Part shown: positions 33,161 to 48,100 of the stretch, one piece after another
Layout of the letters: each line of letters opens with the position of its first letter
Numbering within the stretch: the stretch's first letter is position 1
NCBI GenBank assembly: GCA_030390025.1
Contig: JASTWF010000036.1
Span: 1,550,001 to 1,614,000, forward strand
DNA length: 64,000 bases
Direction of reading: 5' to 3'
Source: Squalus acanthias
Taxonomy: Eukaryota
The notes under the pieces: generated by a model
What the model was told of the DNA's origin: nothing
Database searches by the model: none
Seen by the model: the letters and a program-made list of their open reading frames with translations, nothing else
Position numbers and translations under genes: made by a program

Positions 33161-36100
33161 AGTGTATGGTACCCGTGTGCCAGTGTATGGTACCCATGTG
33201 CCAGTGTATGGAACCCATGTGCCAGTGTATGGAACCCATGTGCCAGTGTATGGAACCTGTGTGCCAGTGTATGAAATCCATGTGCCACTGTATGGTAGCC
33301 TTGTGCCAGTGTATGGAACCCGTGTGCCAGTGTGTGGAACCCGTGTGCCAGTGTAGGGAACCCATGTGCCAGTGTATGGAATGCATGTGCCAGTGTATGG
33401 TACATGTGTGTCAGCTTACGGTACCCGTGTGCCAGCGTATGGAACCTGTGTGCCAGTGTACGGTACCCGTGTTCCAGTGTACGGTACCCGTGTTCCAGTG
33501 TACGGTACCCATGTGCCAGTGTATGGTACACGTGTGTCAGCTTACGGTACCCGTGTGCCAGCGTATGGAACCCGTGTGCCAGCATATGGAACCTGTGTGC
33601 CAGTGTACGGTACCTGTGTGCCAGTGTATGGTACACGTGTGTCAGCATACGGTACCCGTGTGCCAGCGTATGGAACCCGTGAGCCAGTGTATGGTACCCA
33701 GGTGCCAGTGTATGGAACCCCTGTGCCAGTGTATGGAACCCGTGTGCCAGTGTATGGAACCCGCGTGCCAGTGTACGGTACCCATGTGCCAGTGTACGGT
33801 ACCCATGTGCCAGTGTATGGTACCCATGTGCCATGGTATGGAACCCGTGTGCCAGTGTATGGTACCCGCGTGCCAGTGTATGGAACCCCTGTGCCAGTGT
33901 ATGGAACCCCTGTGCCAGTGTATGGAACCCGTGTGCCAGTATATGGTGCCCGCGTGCCAGTGTATGGTACCCATGTGCCAGTGTGTGGTACCCATGTGCC
34001 AGTGTGTGGAACCCGTGTGCCACTGTATGGAACCCGTGTGCTTGTGTGTGGAACCCGTGTGCCACTGTATGGAACCTGTGTGGCAGTGTATGGAACCCAT
34101 GTGCCAGTGTATGGAACCTGTGTGCCAGTGTGTGGAACCCGTGTGCCAGTGTATAGAACCTGTGTGCCAGTGTATAGAACCCGTGTGTCAGTGTCTGGAA
34201 ATCATGTGTCAGTGTATGGAACCCGTGTGCCAGTGAGTGGAACCAGTGTGCCAGTGCGTGGTACCCGTGTGCCACTGTATGGAACCCGTGTGCCAGTCTA
34301 TGGAACCGGTGTGCCAGTGTATGGAACCCGTGTGCCAGTCTATGGAACCCGTGTGCCAGTGTATGGAATCCATGTGCCAGTGTATGGAAACTGTGTGCCA
34401 GTGTATGGAACCTGTGTGCCAGTGTATGGAACCTGTGTGCCAGTGTATGGTACCCGTGTGCCAGTGTATGGGACCCGTGTGCCAGTGTATGTAACCCATG
34501 TGCCAGTGTATGGAACTCATGTGTCAGTCTATGGAACCCGTGTGCCAGTGTATGGTACCTGTGTGCCAGTGTAGGGAACCTGTGTGTCAGTGTATGGAAC
34601 CCATCTGCCAGTGTATGGTACACGTGTGCCAGTCTATGGAACCAGTGTGCCAGTGCATGGAACCTGTGTGCCAGTCGATGGAACCCGTGTGACAGTGTAT
34701 GGAACCCGTGTGCCAGTGTATGGAACCCATGTGCCAGTGTATGGAACCTGGGTGCCAGTGTATGGAACGCATGTGTCAGTGTATGGAACCTGGGTGCCAG
34801 TGTAGGGAACCCGTGTGCCAGTGTATGGAACCTGTGTGCCAGTGTATGGAACCCGTGTGCCAGTGTATGGAACCCGTGTGCCAGTGTATGGAACCCGTGT
34901 GCCAGTGTATGGTACACGTGTGCCAGTGTATGGTACCCGTGTGCCAGTGTATGGTACCCGTGTGTCAGTGTATGGAACCCGTGTGCCAGTGCAGGGAACC
35001 CGTGTGCCAGTGTACGGTACCTGTGTGCCAGTGTATGGAACCTGTGTGCCAGTGTATGGAACCCGTGTGCCAGTGTATGGAACCCGTGTGCCAGTGTATG
35101 GAACCCGTGTGCCAGTGTATGGAACCCGTGTGCCAGTGTATGGAACCCGTGTGCCAGTCTATGGAACCCGTGTACCAGTGTATGGAACCCGGCTGCCAGT
35201 GAATGGAACCCGTGTGCCAGTGTATGGAACCTGTGTGCCAGTGTGTGGAACCTGTGTGCCAGTCTATGGAAACCGTGTACCAGTGTATGGAACCCGTGTG
35301 CCAGTGTATGGAACCCGTGTACCAGTGTATGGAACCCGTGTGCCAGTCTATGGAACCCGTGTACCAGTGTATGGAACCCGTGTGCCAGTGTATGGAACCC
35401 GTGTGCCAGTGTATGGAACCCGTGTGCCAGTCTATGGAACCCGTGTACCAGTGTCTGGAAATCGTGTGTCAGTGTATGGAACCCGTGTGTCAGTGCATGG
35501 AACCCGTGTGCCAGTGAGTGGAACCAGTGTGCCACTGTATGGAACCCGTGTGCCAGTCTATGGAACCGGTGTGCCAGTGTATGGAACCCATGTGCCAGTG
35601 TATGGAAACTGTGTGCCAGTGTATGGAACCTGTGTGCCAGTGTATGGAACCTGTGTGCCAGTGTATGGAACTCGTGTGTCAGTCTATGGAACCCGTGTGC
35701 CAGTGTATGGTACCTGTGTGCCAGTGTAGGGAACCTGTGTGCCAGTGTATGGAACCCATCTGCCAGTGTATGGTACACGTGTGCCAGTCTATGGAACCCG
35801 TGTGCCAGTGCATGGAACCTGTGTGCCAGTCTATGGAACCCGTGTGCCAGTCTATGGAACCCGTGTGACAGTGTATGGAACCCGTGTGCCAGTGTATGGA
35901 ACCCGTGTGCCAGTGTATGGAACCCATGTGCCAGTGTATGGAACCCATGTGCCAGTGTATGGAACCTGGGTGCCAGTGTATGGAACGCATGTGTCAGTGT
36001 GTGGAACCCGTGTGCCAGTGTATGGAACCCGTGTGCCAGTGTATGGAACCCGTGTGCCAGTGTATGGAACCCGTGTGCCAGTGTATGGAACCTGGGTGCC

Positions 36101-39100
36101 AGTGTATGGAACCCGTGTGCCAGTGTATGGAACCCATGTGCCAGTGTATGGAACCCATGTGACAGTGTATGGAACCCGTGTGCCAGTGTATGGAACGCAT
36201 GTGTCAGTGTGTGGAACCCGTGTGCCAGTGTATGGAACCCGTGTGCCAGTGTATGGAACCCGTGTGCCAGTGTATGGTACACGTGTGCCAGTGTATGGTA
36301 CCCGTGTGCCAGTGTATGGTACCCATGTGTCAGTGTATGGAACCCGTGTGCCAGTGTAGGGAACCCGTGTGCCAGTGTATGGAACCCGTGTGCCAGTCTA
36401 TGGAACCCGTGTACCAGTGTATGGAACCTGTGTGCCAGTGTATGGAACCTGTGTGCCAGTGTATGGAACCTGTGTGCCAGTGTACGGTACCTGTGTGCCA
36501 ATGTATGGAACCCGTGTGCCAGTGTATGGAACCCGTGTGCCAGTGTATGGAACCCGTGTGCCAGTGTGTGGAACCTGTGTGCCAGTGTACGGTACCTGTG
36601 TGCCAGTGTATTGAACCCGTGTGCCAGTGTATGGAACCCGTGTGCCAGTGTATGTCCCTGTGTGCCAGTCTATGGAAACCGTGTACCAGTGTATGGAACC
36701 CGTGTGCCTGTGTATGGAACCCGTGTACCAGTGTATGGAACCCGTGTGCCAGTCTATGGAACCCGTGTACCAGTGTATGGAACCCGTGTGCCAGTGTATG
36801 GAACCCGTGTGCCAGTGTATGGAACCCGTGTGCCAGTCTATGGAACCCGTGTACCAGTGTATGGAACCCGTGTGCCTGTGTATGGAACCCGTGTACCAGT
36901 GTATGGAACCCGTGTGCCAGTGTATTGAACCCGTGTGCCAGTGTATGGAACCCGTGTGCCAGTGTATGTCCCTGTGTGCCAGTCTATGGAAACCGTGTAC
37001 CAGTGTATGGAACCCGTGTGCCTGTGTATGGAACCCGTGTACCAGTGTATGGAACCCGTGTGCCAGTCTATGGAACCCGTGTACCAGTGTATGGAACCCG
37101 TGTGCCAGTGTATGGAACCCGTGTGCCAGTGTATGGAACCCGTGTGCCAGTCTATGGAACCCGTGTACCAGTGTATGGAACCCGTGTGCCTGTGTATGGA
37201 ACCCGTGTACCAGTGTATGGAACCCGTGTGCCAGTCTATGGAACCCGTGTACCAGTGTATGGAACCCGTGTGTCAGTGCATGGAACCCGTGTGCCAGTGA
37301 GTGGAACCAGTGTGCCAGTGCGTGGTACCCGTGTGCCACTGTATGGAACCCGTGTGCCAGTCTATGGAACCGGTGTGCCAGTGTATGGAACCCATGTGCC
37401 AGTGTATGGAAACTGTGTGCCAGTGTATGGAACCTGTGTGCCAGTGTATGGAACCTGTGTGCCAGTGTATGGTACCCGTGTGCCAGTGTATGGAACCCGT
37501 GTGCCAGTGTATGTAACCCATGTGCCAGTGTATGGAACTCATGTGTCAGTCTATGGAACCCGTGTGCCAGTGTATGGTACCCGTGTGCCAGTGTAGGGAA
37601 CCTGTGTGCCAGTGTATGGAACCCACCTGCCAGTGTATGGTACACGTGTGCCAGTCTATGGAACCCGTGTGCCAGTGCATGGAACCTGTGTGCCAGTGTA
37701 TGGAACCCGTGTGCCAGTGTATGGAACCCGTGTGCCAGTGTATGGAACCCGTGTGCCAGTGTATGGTACACCTGTGCCAGTGTATGGTACCCGTGTGCCA
37801 GTGTATGGTACCCGTGTGCCAGTGTATGGTACCCGTGTGTCAGTGTATGGAACCCGTGTGCCAGTGTAGGGAACCCGTGTGCCAGTGTAGGGAACCCGTG
37901 TGCCAGTGTATGGAACCCGTGTGCCAGTCTATGGAACCCGTGTACCAGTGTATGGAACCCGTGTGCCAGTGTATGGAACCCGTGTGCCAGTGTATGGAAC
38001 CCGTGTGCCAGTCTATGGAACCCGTGTACCAGTGTCTGGAAATCGTGTGTCAGTGTATGGAACCCGTGTGTCAGTGCATGGAACCCGTGTGCCAGTGAGT
38101 GGAACCAGTGTGCCACTGTATGGAACCCGTGTGCCAGTCTATGGAACCGGTGTGCCAGTGTATGGAACCCATGTGCCAGTGTATGGAACCTGTGTGCCAG
38201 TGTATGGAACCTGTGTGCCAGTGTATGGAACCTGTGTGCCAGTGTATGGAACTCGTGTGTCAGTCTATGGAACCCGTGTGCCAGTGTATGGTACCTGTGT
38301 GCCAGTGTAGGGAACCTGTGTGCCAGTGTATGGAACCCATCTGCCAGTGTATGGTACACGTGTGCCAGTCTATGGAACCCGTGTGCCAGTGCATGGAACC
38401 TGTGTGCCAGTCTATGGAACCCGTGTGCCAGTCTATGGAACCCGTGTGACAGTGTATGGAACCCGTGTGCCAGTGTATGGAACCCGTGTGCCAGTGTATG
38501 GAACCCATGTGCCAGTGTATGGAACCCATGTGCCAGTGTATGGAACCTGGGTGCCAGTGTATGGAACGCATGTGTCAGTGTGTGGAACCCGTGTGCCAGT
38601 GTATGGAACCCGTGTGCCAGTGTATGGAACCCGTGTGCCAGTGTATGGAACCCGTGTGCCAGTGTATGGAACCTGGGTGCCAGTGTATGGAACCCGTGTG
38701 CCAGTGTATGGAACCCATGTGCCAGTGTATGGAACCCATGTGCCAGTGTATGGAACCTGGGTGCCAGTGTATGGAACGTATGTGTCAGTGTGTGGAACCC
38801 GTGTGCCAGTGTATGGAACCCGTGTGCCAGTGTATGGAACCCGTGTGCCAGTGTATGGTACACGTGTGCCAGTGTATGGTACCCGTGTGCCAGTGTATGG
38901 TACCCATGTGTCAGTGTATGGAACCCGTGTGCCAGTGTAGGGAACCCGTGTGCCAGTGTATGGAACCCGTGTGCCAGTCTATGGAACCCGTGTACCAGTG
39001 TATGGAACCCGTTTGCCAGTGTAGGGAACCTGTGTGCCAGTGTAGGGAACCTGTGTGCCAGTGTATGGAACCTGTGTGCCAGTGTATGGAACCCGTGTGC

Positions 39101-42100
39101 CAGTGTATGTAACCCATGTGCCAGTGTATGGAACTCATGTGTCAGTCTATGGAACCCGTGTGCCAGTGTATGGTACCCGTGTGCCAGTGTAGGGAACCTG
39201 TGTGCCAGTGTATGGAACCCACCTGCCAGTGTATGGTACACGTGTGCCAGTCTATGGAACCCGTGTGCCAGTGCATGGAACCTGTGTGCCAGTGTATGGA
39301 ACCCGTGTGCCAGTGTATGGAACCCGTGTGCCAGTGTATGGAACCCGTGTGCCAGTGTATGGTACACCTGTGCCAGTGTATGGTACCCGTGTGCCAGTGT
39401 ATGGTACCCGTGTGCCAGTGTATGGTACCCGTGTGTCAGTGTATGGAACCCGTGTGCCAGTGTAGGGAACCCGTGTGCCAGTGTAGGGAACCCGTGTGCC
39501 AGTGTATGGAACCCGTGTGCCAGTCTATGGAACCCGTGTACCAGTGTATGGAACCCGTGTGCCAGTGTATGGAACCCGTGTGCCAGTGTATGGAACCCGT
39601 GTGCCAGTCTATGGAACCCGTGTACCAGTGTCTGGAAATCGTGTGTCAGTGTATGGAACCCGTGTGTCAGTGCATGGAACCCGTGTGCCAGTGAGTGGAA
39701 CCAGTGTGCCACTGTATGGAACCCGTGTGCCAGTCTATGGAACCGGTGTGCCAGTGTATGGAACCCATGTGCCAGTGTATGGAACCTGTGTGCCAGTGTA
39801 TGGAACCTGTGTGCCAGTGTATGGAACCTGTGTGCCAGTGTATGGAACTCGTGTGTCAGTCTATGGAACCCGTGTGCCAGTGTATGGTACCTGTGTGCCA
39901 GTGTAGGGAACCTGTGTGCCAGTGTATGGAACCCATCTGCCAGTGTATGGTACACGTGTGCCAGTCTATGGAACCCGTGTGCCAGTGCATGGAACCTGTG
40001 TGCCAGTCTATGGAACCCGTGTGCCAGTCTATGGAACCCGTGTGACAGTGTATGGAACCCGTGTGCCAGTGTATGGAACCCGTGTGCCAGTGTATGGAAC
40101 CCATGTGCCAGTGTATGGAACCCATGTGCCAGTGTATGGAACCTGGGTGCCAGTGTATGGAACGCATGTGTCAGTGTGTGGAACCCGTGTGCCAGTGTAT
40201 GGAACCCGTGTGCCAGTGTATGGAACCCGTGTGCCAGTGTATGGAACCCGTGTGCCAGTGTATGGAACCTGGGTGCCAGTGTATGGAACCCGTGTGCCAG
40301 TGTATGGAACCCATGTGCCAGTGTATGGAACCCATGTGCCAGTGTATGGAACCTGGGTGCCAGTGTATGGAACGTATGTGTCAGTGTGTGGAACCCGTGT
40401 GCCAGTGTATGGAACCCGTGTGCCAGTGTATGGAACCCGTGTGCCAGTGTATGGTACACGTGTGCCAGTGTATGGTACCCGTGTGCCAGTGTATGGTACC
40501 CATGTGTCAGTGTATGGAACCCGTGTGCCAGTGTAGGGAACCCGTGTGCCAGTGTATGGAACCCGTGTGCCAGTCTATGGAACCCGTGTACCAGTGTATG
40601 GAACCCGTTTGCCAGTGTAGGGAACCTGTGTGCCAGTGTAGGGAACCTGTGTGCCAGTGTATGGAACCTGTGTGCCAGTGTATGGAACCTGTGTGCCAGT
40701 GTACGGTACCTGTGTGCCAGTGTATGGAACCCGTGTGCCAGTGTATGGAACCCGTGTGCCAGTGTATGGAACCCGTGTGCCAGTGTGTGGAACCTGTGTG
40801 CCAGTGTACGGTACCTGTGTGCCAGTGTATTGAACCCGTGTGCCAGTGTATGGAACCCGTGTGCCAGTGTATGTCCCTGTGTGCCAGTCTATGGAAACCG
40901 TGTACCAGTGTATGGAACCCGTGTGCCTGTGTATGGAACCCGTGTACCAGTGTATGGAACCCGTGTGCCAGTCTATGGAACCCGTGTACCAGTGTATGGA
41001 ACCCGTGTGCCAGTGTATGGAACCCGTGTGCCAGTGTATGGAACCCGTGTGCCAGTCTATGGAACCCGTGTACCAGTGTATGGAACCCGTGTGCCTGTGT
41101 ATGGAACCCGTGTACCAGTGTATGGAACCCGTGTGCCAGTCTATGGAACCCGTGTACCAGTGTATGGAACCCGTGTGCCAGTGTATGGAACCCGTGTGCC
41201 AGTGTATGGAACCCGTGTGCCAGTCTATGGAACCCGTGTACCAGTGTATGGAACCCGTGTGCCTGTGTATGGAAACCGTGTACCAGTGTATGGAACCCGT
41301 GTGCCAGTCTATGGAACCCGTGTACCAGTGTATGGAACCCGTGTGTCAGTGCATGGAACCCGTGTGCCAGTGAGTGGAACCAGTGTGCCAGTGCGTGGTA
41401 CCCGTGTGCCACTGTATGGAACCCGTGTGCCAGTCTATGGAACCGGTGTGCCAGTGTATGGAACCCATGTGCCAGTGTATGGAAACTGTGTGCCAGTGTA
41501 TGGAACCTGTGTGCCAGTGTATGGAACCTGTGTGCCAGTGTATGGTACCCGTGTGCCAGTGTATGGAACCCGTGTGCCAGTGTATGGTACACGTGTGCCA
41601 GTGTATGGTACCCGTGTGCCAGTGTATGGTACCCGTGTGTCAGTGTATGGAACCCGTGTGCCAGTGTAGGGAACCCGTGTGCCAGTGTAGGGAACCCGTG
41701 TGCCAGTGTACGGTACCTGTGTGCCAGTGTATGGAACCCGTGTGCCAGTGTATGGAACCCGTGTGCCAGTGTATGGAACCCGTGTGCCAGTGTATGGAAC
41801 CCGTGTGCCAGTGTATGGAACCCGTGTGCCAGTGTATGGAACCCGTGTGCCAGTGTATGGAACCCGTGTGCCAGTCTATGGAACCCGTGTACCAGTGTAT
41901 GGAACCCGGCTGCCAGTGAATGGAACCCGTGTGCCAGTGTATGGAACCTGTGTGCCAGTGTGTGGAACCTGTGTGCCAGTCTATGGAAACCGTGTACCAG
42001 TGTATGGAACCCGTGTGCCAGTGTATGGAACCCGTGTACCAGTGTATGGAACCCGTGTGCCAGTCTATGGAACCCGTGTACCAGTGTATGGAACCCGTGT

Positions 42101-45100
42101 GCCAGTGTATGGAACCCGTGTGCCAGTGTATGGAACCCGTGTGCCAGTCTATGGAACCCGTGTACCAGTGTCTGGAAATCGTGTGTCAGTGTATGGAACC
42201 CGTGTGTCAGTGCATGGAACCCGTGTGCCAGTGAGTGGAACCAGTGTGCCACTGTATGGAACCCGTGTGCCAGTCTATGGAACCGGTGTGTCAGTGTATG
42301 GAACCCATGTGCCAGTGTATGGAACCTGTGTGCCAGTGTATGGAACTCGTGTGTCAGTCTATGGAACCCGTGTGCCAGTGTATGGTACCTGTGTGCCAGT
42401 GTAGGGAACCTGTGTGCCAGTGTATGGAACCCATCTGCCAGTGTATGGTACACGTGTGCCAGTCTATGGAACCCGTGTGCCAGTGCATGGAACCTGTGTG
42501 CCAGTCTATGGAACCCGTGTGCCAGTCTATGGAACCCGTGTGACAGTGTATGGTACCTGTGTGCCAGTGTAGGGAACCTGTGTGCCAGTGTATGGAACCC
42601 GTGTGCCAGTGTATGGAACCCGTGTGCCAGTGTATGGAACCTGGGTGCCAGTGTATGGAACCCGTGTGCCAGTGTATGGAACCCATGTGCCAGTGTATGG
42701 AACCCATGTGCCAGTGTATGGAACCTGGGTGCCAGTGTATGGAACGCATGTGTCAGTGTGTGGAACCCGTGTGCCAGTGTATGGAACCCATGTGCCAGTG
42801 TATGGAACCCGTGTGCCAGTGTATGGTACACGTGTGCCAGTGTATGGTACCCGTGTGCCAGTGTATGGTACCCATGTGTCAGTGTATGGAACCCGTGTGC
42901 CAGTGTAGGGAACCCGTGTGCCAGTGTATGGAACCCGTGTGCCAGTCTATGGAACCCGTGTACCAGTGTATGGAACCCGTTTGCCAGTGTAGGGAACCTG
43001 TGTGCCAGTGTATGGAACCTGTGTGCCAGTGTACGGTACCTGTGTGCCAGTGTATGGAACCCGTGTGCCAGTGTATGGAACCCGTGTGCCAGTGTATGGA
43101 ACCCGTGTGCCAGTGTGTGGAACCTGTGTGCCAGTGTACGGTACCTGTGTGCCAGTGTATTGAACCCGTGTGCCAGTGTATGGAACCCGTGTGCCAGTGT
43201 ATGTCCCTGTGTGCCAGTCTATGGAAACCGTGTACCAGTGTATGGAACCCGTGTGCCTGTGTATGGAACCCGTGTACCAGTGTATGGAACCCGTGTGCCA
43301 GTCTATGGAACCCGTGTACCAGTGTATGGAACCCGTGTGCCAGTGTATGGAACCCGTGTGCCAGTGTATGGAACCCGTGTGCCAGTCTATGGAACCCGTG
43401 TACCAGTGTATGGAACCCGTGTGCCTGTGTATGGAACCCGTGTACCAGTGTATGGAACCCGTGTGCCAGTCTATGGAACCCGTGTACCAGTGTATGGAAC
43501 CCGTGTGTCAGTGCATGGAACCCGTGTGCCAGTGAGTGGAACCAGTGTGCCAGTGCGTGGTACCCGTGTGCCACTGTATGGAACCCGTGTGCCAGTCTAT
43601 GGAACCGGTGTGCCAGTGTATGGAACCCATGTGCCAGTGTATGGAAACTGTGTGCCAGTGTATGGAACCTGTGTGCCAGTGTATGGAACCTGTGTGCCAG
43701 TGTATGGTACCCGTGTGCCAGTGTATGGAACCCGTGTGCCAGTGTATGTAACCCATGTGCCAGTGTATGGAACTCATGTGTCAGTCTATGGAACCCGTGT
43801 GCCAGTGTATGGTACCCGTGTGCCAGTGTAGGGAACCTGTGTGCCAGTGTATGGAACCCACCTGCCAGTGTATGGTACACGTGTGCCAGTCTATGGAACC
43901 CGTGTGCCAGTGCATGGAACCTGTGTGCCAGTCTATGGAACCCGTGTGCCAGTGTATGGAACCCGTGTGCCAGTGTATGGAACCCGTGTGCCAGTGTATG
44001 GAACCCATGTGCCAGTGTATGGAACCTGGGTGCCAGTGTATGGAACGCATGTGTCAGTGTGTGGAACCCGTGTGCCAGTGTATGGAACCTGTGTGCCAGT
44101 GTATGGAACCCGTGTGCCAGTCTATGGAACCCGTGTGCCAGTGTATGGAACCCGTGTGCCAGTGTATGGAACCTGTGTGCCAGTGTATGGAACCCGTGTG
44201 CCAGTCTATGGAACCCGTGTGCCAGTGTATGGAACCCGTGTGCCAGTGTATGGAACCCGTGTGCCAGTGTATGGAACCCGTGTGCCAGTCTATGGAACCC
44301 GTGTGCCAGTGTATGGAACTCATGTGTCAGTCTATGGAACCCGTGTGCCAGTGTATGGTACCCGTGTGCCAGTGTAGGGAACCTGTGTGCCAGTGTATGG
44401 AACCCATCTGCCAGTGTATGGTACACGTGTGCCAGTCTATGGAACCCGTGTGCCAGTGTATGGAACCTGTGTGCCAGTCTATGGAACCCGTGTGCCAGTG
44501 TATGGAACCCGTGTGCCAGTGTATGGAACCCGTGTGCCAGTGTATGGAACCCATGTGCCAGTGTATGGAACCCGTGTGCCAGTGTATGGAACGCATGTGT
44601 CAGTGTGTGGAACCCGTGTGCCAGTGTATGGAACTCGTGTGCCAGTGTATGGAACCCGTCTGCCAGTGTATGGAACCTGTCTGCCAGTGTATGGTACACG
44701 TGTGCCAGTCTATGGAACCCGTGTGCCAGTGCATGGAACCTGTGTGCCAGTCTATGGAACCCGTGTGCCAGTCTATGGAACCCGTGTGACAGTGTATGGA
44801 ACCCGTGTGCCAGTGTATGGAACCCGTGTGCCAGTGTATGGAACCCATGTGCCAGTGTATGGAACCCATGTGCCAGTGTATGGAACCTGGGTGCCAGTGT
44901 ATGGAACGCATGTGTCAGTGTGTGGAACCCGTGTGCCAGTGTATGGAACCCGTGTGCCAGTGTATGGAACCCGTGTGCCAGTGTATGGAACCCGTGTGCC
45001 AGTGTATGGAACCTGGGTGCCAGTGTATGGAACCCGTGTGCCAGTGTATGGAACCCATGTGCCAGTGTATGGAACCCATGTGCCAGTGTATGGAACCTGG

Positions 45101-48100
45101 GTGCCAGTGTATGGAACGTATGTGTCAGTGTGTGGAACCCGTGTGCCAGTGTATGGAACCCGTGTGCCAGTGTATGGAACCCGTGTGCCAGTGTATGGTA
45201 CACGTGTGCCAGTGTATGGTACCCGTGTGCCAGTGTATGGTACCCATGTGTCAGTGTATGGAACCCGTGTGCCAGTGTAGGGAACCCGTGTGCCAGTGTA
45301 TGGAACCCGTGTGCCAGTCTATGGAACCCGTGTACCAGTGTATGGAACCCGTTTGCCAGTGTAGGGAACCTGTGTGCCAGTGTAGGGAACCTGTGTGCCA
45401 GTGTATGGAACCTGTGTGCCAGTGTATGGAACCTGTGTGCCAGTGTACGGTACCTGTGTGCCAGTGTATGGAACCCGTGTGCCAGTGTATGGAACCCGTG
45501 TGCCAGTGTATGGAACCCGTGTGCCAGTGTGTGGAACCTGTGTGCCAGTGTACGGTACCTGTGTGCCAGTGTATTGAACCCGTGTGCCAGTGTATGGAAC
45601 CCGTGTGCCAGTGTATGTCCCTGTGTGCCAGTCTATGGAAACCGTGTACCAGTGTATGGAACCCGTGTGCCTGTGTATGGAACCCGTGTACCAGTGTATG
45701 GAACCCGTGTGCCAGTCTATGGAACCCGTGTACCAGTGTATGGAACCCGTGTGCCAGTGTATGGAACCCGTGTGCCAGTGTATGGAACCCGTGTGCCAGT
45801 CTATGGAACCCGTGTACCAGTGTATGGAACCCGTGTGCCTGTGTATGGAACCCGTGTACCAGTGTATGGAACCCGTGTGCCAGTCTATGGAACCCGTGTA
45901 CCAGTGTATGGAACCCGTGTGCCAGTGTATGGAACCCGTGTGCCAGTGTATGGAACCCGTGTGCCAGTCTATGGAACCCGTGTACCAGTGTATGGAACCC
46001 GTGTGCCTGTGTATGGAAACCGTGTACCAGTGTATGGAACCCGTGTGCCAGTCTATGGAACCCGTGTACCAGTGTATGGAACCCGTGTGTCAGTGCATGG
46101 AACCCGTGTGCCAGTGAGTGGAACCAGTGTGCCAGTGCGTGGTACCCGTGTGCCACTGTATGGAACCCGTGTGCCAGTCTATGGAACCGGTGTGCCAGTG
46201 TATGGAACCCATGTGCCAGTGTATGGAAACTGTGTGCCAGTGTATGGAACCTGTGTGCCAGTGTATGGAACCTGTGTGCCAGTGTATGGTACCCGTGTGC
46301 CAGTGTATGGAACCCGTGTGCCAGTGTATGGTACACGTGTGCCAGTGTATGGTACCCGTGTGCCAGTGTATGGTACCCGTGTGCCAGTGTATGGTACCCG
46401 TGTGTCAGTGTATGGAACCCGTGTGCCAGTGTAGGGAACCCGTGTGCCAGTGTAGGGAACCCGTGTGCCAGTGTACGGTACCTGTGTGCCAGTGTATGGA
46501 ACCCGTGTGCCAGTGTATGGAACCCGTGTGCCAGTGTATGGAACCCGTGTGCCAGTGTATGGAACCCGTGTGCCAGTGTATGGAACCCGTGTGCCAGTGT
46601 ATGGAACCCGTGTGCCAGTGTATGGAACCCGTGTGCCAGTCTATGGAACCCGTGTACCAGTGTATGGAACCCGGCTGCCAGTGAATGGAACCCGTGTGCC
46701 AGTGTATGGAACCTGTGTGCCAGTGTGTGGAACCTGTGTGCCAGTCTATGGAAACCGTGTACCAGTGTATGGAACCCGTGTGCCAGTGTATGGAACCCGT
46801 GTACCAGTGTATGGAACCCGTGTGCCAGTCTATGGAACCCGTGTACCAGTGTATGGAACCCGTGTGCCAGTGTATGGAACCCGTGTGCCAGTGTATGGAA
46901 CCCGTGTGCCAGTCTATGGAACCCGTGTACCAGTGTCTGGAAATCGTGTGTCAGTGTATGGAACCCGTGTGTCAGTGCATGGAACCCGTGTGCCAGTGAG
47001 TGGAACCAGTGTGCCACTGTATGGAACCCGTGTGCCAGTCTATGGAACCGGTGTGTCAGTGTATGGAACCCATGTGCCAGTGTATGGAACCTGTGTGCCA
47101 GTGTATGGAACTCGTGTGTCAGTCTATGGAACCCGTGTGCCAGTGTATGGTACCTGTGTGCCAGTGTAGGGAACCTGTGTGCCAGTGTATGGAACCCATC
47201 TGCCAGTGTATGGTACACGTGTGCCAGTCTATGGAACCCGTGTGCCAGTGCATGGAACCTGTGTGCCAGTCTATGGAACCCGTGTGCCAGTCTATGGAAC
47301 CCGTGTGACAGTGTATGGTACCTGTGTGCCAGTGTAGGGAACCTGTGTGCCAGTGTATGGAACCCGTGTGCCAGTGTATGGAACCCGTGTGCCAGTGTAT
47401 GGAACCTGGGTGCCAGTGTATGGAACCCGTGTGCCAGTGTATGGAACCCATGTGCCAGTGTATGGAACCCATGTGCCAGTGTATGGAACCTGGGTGCCAG
47501 TGTATGGAACGCATGTGTCAGTGTGTGGAACCCGTGTGCCAGTGTATGGAACCCATGTGCCAGTGTATGGAACCCGTGTGCCAGTGTATGGTACACGTGT
47601 GCCAGTGTATGGTACCCGTGTGCCAGTGTATGGTACCCATGTGTCAGTGTATGGAACCCGTGTGCCAGTGTAGGGAACCCGTGTGCCAGTGTATGGAACC
47701 CGTGTGCCAGTCTATGGAACCCGTGTACCAGTGTATGGAACCCGTTTGCCAGTGTAGGGAACCTGTGTGCCAGTGTATGGAACCTGTGTGCCAGTGTACG
47801 GTACCTGTGTGCCAGTGTATGGAACCCGTGTGCCAGTGTATGGAACCCGTGTGCCAGTGTATGGAACCCGTGTGCCAGTGTGTGGAACCTGTGTGCCAGT
47901 GTACGGTACCTGTGTGCCAGTGTATTGAACCCGTGTGCCAGTGTATGGAACCCGTGTGCCAGTGTATGTCCCTGGGTGCCAGTCTATGGAAACCGTGTAC
48001 CAGTGTATGGAACCCGTGTGCCTGTGTATGGAACCCGTGTACCAGTGTATGGAACCCGTGTGCCAGTCTATGGAACCCGTGTACCAGTGTATGGAACCCG

